A DNA stretch of 64,000 nucleotides from Lingula anatina (taxonomy: Eukaryota; Animalia; Brachiopoda). The notes under the pieces were generated by a model. That model had not been told where the DNA came from. It ran no database searches and saw only the letters and a program-made list of their open reading frames with translations. Positions 55,489 through 64,000 of this stretch are shown in pieces. The stretch covers positions 10,602,001 through 10,666,000 of the forward strand of contig CM120649.1 of NCBI GenBank assembly GCA_051362555.1, in the 5' to 3' direction. The translations under genes were made by a program, and so were the position numbers. Position 1 is the first letter of the stretch; each line of letters starts with the position of its first letter.

Positions 55489-57630
55489 CACAACCCTCTA
55501 TAGCCTCGGAAAAACATCTAGCAGATGTTTGAATGTCCAGTATGAGATTAAAATTTTCCTTTTGGACATTTAGTACGTGGAACGGAAAACAAGGGAAACA
55601 AAAAAGAGTAAAATATAGGTTAAATGTAAGCAACTTTGATTTATCTATCAGTGACGCGTGCAGGTTTAATTAATGGCCCCTTCAGCTAATCTGAAGGGCC
55701 ATAATGCCTCCTCTTATATATCTTAAAGATAAGCTGGCGATTGTTCTATATTTGACCTAAATGCAGTCATAAGATTTTTATTTTTAGCGAAAACGAGCGG
55801 CCAATTTATCCCAGTCTATTGTTTTACAAATTTTTTGCTTCGTTCGACATTAAAAACGATGTGCCCCCCCCTGTTCCCCGGGTAAAACATTGAATCCGCC
55901 AGGGGGAAAGAGTCTCTGTTGGTGCTTTGAATGAAGCCCAGCCTATGCGATGCATGGCGAATCTTCTCGGTGTTCGATATAAAATCGTGGCACGAGGCTC
56001 ATATAAGTAACCTTGTTGTCAAATGCATTTGCAGCGTTTTTCTTCTTTGTTGCAACGTGCATCTGCAGCCACACCCCTCTCCCCCTACTACAAGCAGTAA
56101 AATATTGAAAGCGGCGGTACTTTCCTCTGCATTTACGCGTACTTTTGAATTATTTAACCATAGCTTTTTTTGCTTCCCACTAGTCACGCAGAACATGGTA
56201 GACAACGGATTTAATATAAAATCATCAATCTCCAGATTTGTATGGTGGATTTTTGTCACCCACCTTTATATATTTTGTATTAGAGGTGCATATTAGCAAA
56301 CTGAAAGTACAGAGTATTTCACCTGTACTGCCCCTATCTGAGTTGTTTTCAGACACTGTAGAGAGCGGTGGGAATCCCATCCCGGGTGCGTGGTGAATCT
56401 TGTCACTGAGGCTTTGGAGAATGATATAACGACAGAAATCATACTTTTTCGTGTCCTATATAGCCTTAAGTTCTCTGTCACACACACAGCTTCATCTCTT
56501 CATCTCCTCAGGAACATCTATGTATTCCATCGTTTATTCAAACTTTACCCCTGTGGCTTTATTGAAATCGCCAAACATTATATGATAATTCATAGTTTCA
56601 GGACATAATAAGTTTGAAAGCCACAAAAAATCTAGGTGGGAAGCCGTCAGTATTACGCGTTACGAAGACGACAGCATAAGTCATAGCAGCTTGGAACTAG
56701 TAATCGTAATTTGCCAAGCACTAGCCTCTCTATGTTAACAACATGCACCAACGTGCAGGGATTTCAACTTTTTTTAGCGCTACACTATACTCCTACTAGG
56801 GCTCGCCAAAGTACCCTAACCTTAATAAAAACATCAGTCCCAAACCACGGCACGGACGGTGGTAGGATATGTAATTTGCTCTAGTAATACTTTTAAATGT
56901 TTTGATGCAGTCAAACTCACACTTCAACTAACGAGCTGAGTCACCGCTCGCCCAGTGAGTTCAGTTGAATAGGAGACTCTCTGTCACAACACACTGGTAT
57001 TTCAGATCCCTGCTCACGTTTGGTCCATCCACCTGTATTTGTCACAGGATAAGTCAACGTCAACTTTAAGAGTAGGTACCCTGCTAGTGCAGGTCAAGGC
57101 TCTCGCGCGACGTCTACAGTTAAAATCCACTGGATGTAGCTATAAAGACCTTGTCATTCATGGTTTTCATTTAAATCTTTAAATAATGTTTGTTTCTCTA
57201 AATGATAAAGCAACTGCGATTTTGAATTTTAAGCTCTTTTAGGCGAATGCATGCCGTAGTTTCTGTGTTACCATTTTCTATATGCGCATATAAAATAAGC
57301 CTTTTCTTGACACAAAATCAGTTTAATCGTATGGAAAATTTATGTACATTTTCACAATTATATTGTGCCTCGAAGTCCATTGATCGTTCCAATCATCAGG
57401 GAAAATACATTGCTGCTGATTATAAAAATTAATAATAATATATTATCTGTTATTAAGACATAAATTAATAAGCAAGCCAATTTTAAAAGATCGTCAAAGA
57501 ATTTGCCCGACTGTAGTAGGCGCGAACCTTTATGTTATTGCTCGATACTTACAGATGTTAAGTATGACATAAGCAGAAATTAATGTGTAACAACAATAAA
57601 AATCACTTAAGGAGAGCACACACACACACA

Positions 57631-57664
<34 letters not shown>

Positions 57665-58281
57665 TGCTCACATTCGACATCGATCTTTATACCATATATG
57701 ACGTCAGCAGTTAAGACGTGACTCCACACACCATGGACAGTCTGCCAGTACTTCGATGATTCAAAACATCAATTCAAAAATAAAAGCGCATAACTATTTC
57801 TTCCAAGTTAAAAGCAGTTAATTAGCTATTTTAATTTAAAATGGGTTGAACAAAAAAGAAATAAAATTTAACAAAACACTGATATTCGTTGAGGTCAGGT
57901 ACACTCAAGGAATACATTTAGACAATATACACTGTACATGGAATTCAGCAACATATATAACGCCTTAAGAACTATTTGATTTGGCAGATGTGATGATAAA
58001 CTTACGTCAATACTTAGAATGGCAAAGGGAAACGAATCAATTATACTGCATGGAAATAAAAATAAAGGGTTGAATTATCCGTATTTATCTGTTAAAAAAA
58101 ACGTGAAAATAGCAAAAAGACAAATCTTACTAGAAATCGAGTCTAAAATTTTATGGCGGCATGCCAATAACGTGATATCTCGCATTACGCTGAAACATGG
58201 TTTCCAATTCAGTTCATTTTGGCTTGCGATTTGGAATCAGAATGATATACGTGTTGTTATACACTTGTACTAAGTCCCGGA

Positions 58282-58699
58282 TTATTTTTCTTCCTCATCT
58301 CCCGGGTCGCAAATATCGTCAGGGTCCGGTTCAGTGCGCCCTAAAAATAAAGATGAAATAAAATAAATTAAAAATTAAATCAAATTAAAGTAAAGTAAAG
58401 TTAAGTATAGTAAAGTAAAGTTTTGCTTTAAAGCATCTTTCCAATATCCACTGTATGGTAATATGTGCCTGATATCAGTATCTCAAAATGAAAGGACATA
58501 AAGCACAAACAGATACGGCAAAATCTTATATGCTCTCTCTCTAGATATACGCTACTCAATGTATATTTGCTCACTTTTAGTTTTTTTTACTCTACTTGAG
58601 AAAAATGTTTTCATGATTGCGGTATGAACTGGACTTATATGGCAGTATTGAAAGTGTTGGCCTCTGTTGAAAATGATTAATAAATAAGAATCGCGTCAA

Positions 58700-58742
<43 letters not shown>

Positions 58743-61700
58743 CGTGTTCCGTCAACGACAGTTTTAGCAATAATTTTTCATTATTTTGTCATTTTATAAA
58801 TCTTGTTTTTTATCCTCCCCTCATCAATAAGTGGTTTGATTGGCTTACCTTTGCAGGTGATACGGTAAAATAGGGTCCTTTTCAGCCCATTGAAACTTTC
58901 ATAATCCGGCAGTCGGATGACTCTCCTGGAGTTGCGTCCAATAGAGCGCAGCTCTTTAAGGTTGACGCTGTCTCCTATACCTATGGCAACCATCTCGACG
59001 CCTCGATTGTAGGCGGCGCTAGCAGCGGCCATAGTTTTGCGTACGTTTGCTGAAGCGCCATCTAGGATTATGATACCAAGTTTACGGACCCCAGGGCGTG
59101 CCCCGTTCTTTTGGTCGTACAGCATGTCTGTCATCGCTCGGATGCGTGCTCCCGTTGTCTCCAATACCTGGTATCAATATATTCTATTTGTAGTCATTCT
59201 TTCAATAAAAAAGTATGTCATTTCTCTTAATTGTCATGCAAAAGTTATAGCAATAAATTCCTTGAATAATATATTAGTTTATTACTCATCTATCAAACCT
59301 TCATTCAATAAATGTTCTTTATGTAAGTGAAGTTATTAAAACATGTTTGCACTTGTTAATGTGTATAGAGGAACAAAATGAAATTTGAATCGCCATTATA
59401 CAGGCATTCTTCGGCTGGGTTATGGTCAAATACAAACGTTGTGATACCCGATATATTCCTGCTTGGACTAATAATTTACATGATAATCGATTAAAGTTAA
59501 ATTTTCTCAAGGAGAAAGAATTGGTTTCATTTTACCTTAATTCTTGCTTCAAATTTCTCCAAATGACCATCAATTCCATCATAATCCGAGTAATCTTTGA
59601 AATAGAAGCCTGGACCCGGTCTTGTCACGGGCACTAGCGATACCTGAATCTCGTCTTTCCCGATGTTGAACTTGCTCGTAATGTTTCGGATAAGTTCGAT
59701 ACTTTCCGTCGTGGTTCCGGGAGTTGTTGTGACGCTTTCGCTGAGCACGAAAGTGACATCTGTCTGCAGATCATCACCACAATCTGTAAATAAATTCTGA
59801 TGAGTTAGATTTTGGGAAATGTATTCAAAAAGAGCAACGGTTGAAAATCACTAGTCATTTGCTGCAAATCGAAAAAGGTCATCAAAGTGACTTTCTTTCC
59901 GTTTGCATTAACATAAAAAAAGATTCGTTAAATGTCGTATATAATCAGTCAAGAGCATACCGGTTGTGATGACACAGGGTGGTTTGATTTCACAGGTCTT
60001 AATGCTGAGTTCACGCTTTATGCCTGCCAAAGCCGAGAAGTCGCCCACTGTAATCACCTCGTCTGGCCCGGTTGCTATGACTTTCAATTCTTTCTCATCC
60101 ACCTAAACAGAATATAAAATAAGTAATATTATCCATTTTGCCAAATTCAGAAGTGTGAATCAGTGATTAACCTTTCCCAACAATCCTCCTGTTTTCCGGC
60201 TGAAGAGAGAGAGCCCCAGCTGCCCGTGTGAATTATTTGTAAAGATCAACCGACGAATGGCGCCATGAATGCACTGACATGTTCTAGACATCATTCATAT
60301 CCCAAATAGGTGAACGTGGATTATGTCCAAACCGTCTCACATCGCGCCAACAGTTGGCTTATATCATTTTAAAAATTGAATCTACACTCAGTTTAGGTAT
60401 ATTATTAATATATTTATTACCAGTCTGTTCATTTATGTGTTTATTTTTTTAATCATTAACGATTGCAAGGCTAGAAGACCAAGGCAGGCGTTAAAATATT
60501 TATTTCTGGCAGTTATTAGGTAATCAAGAAGTGGGGGGGGGGTTGGGGGTGCGGGTGGGGAGTGTCAACCCCATTACAACCCAGACCAGAAGGGAATTAT
60601 GTGCCACGCATGTCATCCTGGAGGGGGGGAGGGGGGGGTCACGTTTGTATAATGGTCGTCTGCTTGCTTTGATACTTTTGAGCGCGTGTTTGAGAGTGAT
60701 CCATGGGAGGAGCCACCAGCCACGTGACCATCCCTTAGTTTCGGAGGTAAATGTTTTCCCTTCTCCACCCATCTCTCCTTTCCTTCCAAATAAAGTATTA
60801 TAATAATAACCGAGACAAAATCATTTTACATAATAATTATATAATAATTCTATTCTTGCCCCCTCCCTTATAAAAATCCTGCAGTGCGTGTATGCCTGTA
60901 GGCTATATGTGTATTAATAATTAACAAGTATAAAAAAATAATATATTTATTTCGAGTCTAAAATCCATAAAATGTTCAATAGACTGTACAACATAAAATA
61001 CAAAGAAGTTTATAGATAAAAATGGTTAAGATATATATTATATAAATCAGAGCTAGACTAAATTGTAATAAAAAGTAATTTTAATTACTTACTTTTAAAA
61101 AAGTAAAAAATCCAAGGTTTCTTTAATGTAAAATTTATAATTCATGAATAAAAATGTGAGTTTTCAATTCCTTTTTAAAAGATTCTTGTGATTCTATTCG
61201 ACTAATAAAAATTGGTAACTTATTCCATTCTACTGGTGCAGCTACACAAAAATAATGTATTGCGTTTAGGTAGATAAAAATGGACTAACAATACCTTTCC
61301 AATCCCAATGGCAAAAACTTTGATTCCCTTTGCTTTTGTCAGCGCTGCTTGCTTCGCCGTCTTCTCTTCGAAGTCGGAATTACCGTCGGTGAGAACTATG
61401 GCTATCTGAGGGACCTCGCCGATACGGGCGCCGTTCTCTCTGGTGAACATTTGTTCACGAACCTGTCGTATAGAAAGACAGTTATATTTGTGTTCACGTA
61501 AAATAAAACTTGAGTCTTTGCTAGAGTATAAAAAATCTATGTATTGGATATAAATCTTTGCCCTATCACTTGCATAATTTAGCCCTCTGTTTTAAAACCG
61601 TTTAAATATAATAATACAATCACACTGACAGCTTTGTTATCATTACTATAATGAGAATTAAAAAATAACTACACCATGCTCAAATAAATAGGTAAAAACT

Positions 61701-63790
61701 GAATGCGCGCTTAGAGTTAAAGTTGGCAAATAAGGTAGCCAAAACCATATATACAGACTTGACATTTAATATGGAATATTTCAGTTTCGAAGGTATACCT
61801 AGGTAAAAATACGTTCTTTTTTCAAAAAACTCCAATCTCATATAAGATTTGTGAATGTAAAAGTGTGCAGTCAGGTGTGTCACTACCAATTAACTGACTT
61901 TCATGCCTGTAGCGCTGCTGCATTATGTAATGTGCAGTGATTTAATTGGGTAGTGTTCCTGTGGGCTGATCAAAGCTTGGCTTAGGCAAAGCTTGGTTCT
62001 GTCAAAAAAGTATCCATATTTCGGCAACTACTGCATAGAAGAATTTGAAATTTTGCATGCAAGCGGTCAGTTTTGCAGTGCGTAAGATGAGTCAAGTAGT
62101 GCATTACACATTTGTTAATCTAAGGCAGAATGGCGCGAAAAAGACAGACATAACCAGACAGATCATAGCGCCAAACGGAACGGTCCCCACAAATTTATAG
62201 AGTAATGCCCAGACTGATGTACCTACACAGAGGTCACCCCCAATGTATCACAATTTTACCTACAGGGTACAGGACCCACTGTCTTTCGGGATACGCTGCT
62301 GCAACTAAACAAAAAACACTTAGTCCGATCAGAACGAGGGGTAAATTGTCACTAATTTGCGTTTTTTAAAGCCCTTAGCGAACACCAAACTGGTTTTAGC
62401 AGGTAAGAACACCAAATGACCTCCGAGGTACCCACTGTATACAGCAAAACATCGTCGTCTGTTTCTCTAATGAATTGGAGGCCATAAACGATTCTGGGTA
62501 GAACAATGAAACTGCGTGGCTTTCTTTATTGAGGTCAGATTTCACCTGTACCGCCCAATTAGTCAAAACAGAGTTTACAGATATCCAGAAGAGGCCTACG
62601 ACGAAGCATATGCCGGGTCTAAAGTGACAAGGGTGATTGACAGCGTCAGTATTTGGAGTAGATTCCACATTGGTGCCAAAACACCAATGGTAGTCATCGA
62701 CGAAAACCTGAACCAGATCAAATAAAGGAATAATCTCGGAACCACTTGTCTATCATTTGATAGGGGGCACCTTAGGAACAATTCTAGGTTGCACGATGAG
62801 GTTGCAGGTTCACACAGAGCACTTTTAATAGCAGATAACTTACAGAACCAAGGGAATGAGCAGCTACCCTGGTCATCAAAATCGCCACATTTGAACCACA
62901 TAGACAATGTTTCGGTAGACCATTACTCACCAATCAACTGCCTACATGTCCTACAACAAAACTGGACCAGATTGGACAATTTTAGACCGTTTCCTGGAAT
63001 GCTATTCCAGATTGAACTCTAAAAACCTACCCCCAAGAAATGCCTTGCCGTTTGAGAGCGCTGGCAACAGCCACGAAGAGGCCAGGCGTTACAACGACCA
63101 TTACTGTGACTAGCAACTGACATTAGGGTCTTTTGTGGAGCGTATTACCCTTTTACAGACGATAATTTGTAAAATATGGAGATCCAAAATGTCTCTTTTA
63201 ATGGTTGTCGTATGACATAGAGTAGGCAATGTGTTTTTGTTTGCTTCTCTGGCGAATTCCATTAATGAACCGATGTCACAATGACATCAAAGAGATAATT
63301 TATAGTTCTTAAAACACGATTTTAATCCTTATTTTCATTTATCAGTGAGCAAAATAGGAAAAAACTGATAAAAAATTATTTCGAAAAAAATATTCCATAT
63401 TAAATGTCAAGTCTGTATTTACCAAGCTTAAGCCACTTTCGCGAATAATATGGCACCGACCTTTCACAAATCTATCACAAGGTGACCCAAGCGTGTCCAT
63501 AATATACGGAACAATCTGGCGTTACCTGAAACTGCCATCTTGCCAATGGAAGTCCTATTATATGCATCCCATCCCATAAAGAGAAATGTTCTAATACTTA
63601 CTATCTGCAAGGCTATATCGGTTCTGGTCTGCCCCTTAGTTTGCTGGATCTTATCTATGGCTTTGTTTAGTGATTCGCGACTAAAGTGGTCTTTCAAGTT
63701 GAACTCTATTTTGGTCTGGTAAGGCGTGTCCGAGCTGAATACCATGGCTCCGATACGTGTTCCTGATCCATCGTCTTGGATATTGAATTC
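58282..63790 (-). CDS. Multi-VWA-domain extracellular protein (collagen VI/XII- or matrilin-like); 3' part, 5' exons lie beyond the right edge
   Basis: Exons 63790-63602, 61462-61295, 60102-59961, 59783-59536, 59167-58849 and 58340-58282 are phase-consistent. VWA motifs TRIGAMVFS, TRTDIAL, MF..ENGAR..VPQIAIVLTDG.S and VFAIGIG; second VWA with GARPGVRKLGIIILDG and MVAIGIG; acidic tail ..DPGDEEEK*. Confidence 0.85.
61754..63415 (+). mobile_element. Decayed Tc1/mariner DNA transposon in an intron of the VWA gene
   Basis: TA|CAGACTTGACATTTAATATGGAATATTT ... AAATATTCCATATTAAATGTCAAGTCTG|TA (28-bp perfect TIR, TA TSD). Interrupted transposase remnants: IEVRFHL..RVYR..EAYD, SVSIW, HRA..LPWSSKSPHLNHIDNV (compare WPSxSPDLNPIEN). 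Confidence 0.88.
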
Positions 63791-64000
63791 CTGAAATCCA
63801 ACCCATCAAAAACTTCAGTGACATAAACTGCGTGGATTTGTGCCATCGTGGTTAAATTTCCATTCATATTCTCTCAGAATTTTAAAAGTGGGCGCTATTT
63901 TCACGAAATAAAACAAAAATGACCTTGGAACCGTCAAATGAGCATTGTTTGTATTCAGAAGCTTTAAGTATAAATATAAAAATCAATCATTGGCAATGGT

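Noticed and set aside
59790-59830. CTGATGAG as a hammerhead ribozyme core
   Set aside because: No stem II followed by GAAA and no flanking helices; other CTGATGA occurrences fail in the same way.

Overview
AT-rich, intron-rich animal genomic DNA (invertebrate-like, plausibly a mollusc; the taxon is an inference). Five spliced protein-coding genes can be reconstructed by hand. (1) TMCO3 on the minus strand, running off the left edge. (2) A two-exon secreted TIL-domain protease-inhibitor gene nested antisense in a TMCO3 intron and absent from the ORF track. (3) A very long (~1672 aa) RNF168/RNF169-type ubiquitin ligase, head-to-head with TMCO3. (4) A complete 24-exon membrane-anchored GH31 alpha-glucosidase (maltase-glucoamylase/sucrase-isomaltase-like). 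(5) The 3' part of a multi-VWA-domain gene. Mobile DNA includes a young Ty3/Gypsy element (identical 280-bp LTRs, TAGTC TSD, an in-frame RT deletion) beside the shared promoter, a decayed Tc1 element, several TTAA-flanked and Harbinger/hAT-like MITEs, LINE fragments, and a 320-bp non-autonomous RTE-like retroelement whose 5' end folds like an HDV-like self-cleaving ribozyme. Exon ends have been tandemly duplicated into the downstream intron in three genes, in two cases together with the splice donor. All exon models are manual readings and need transcript support.
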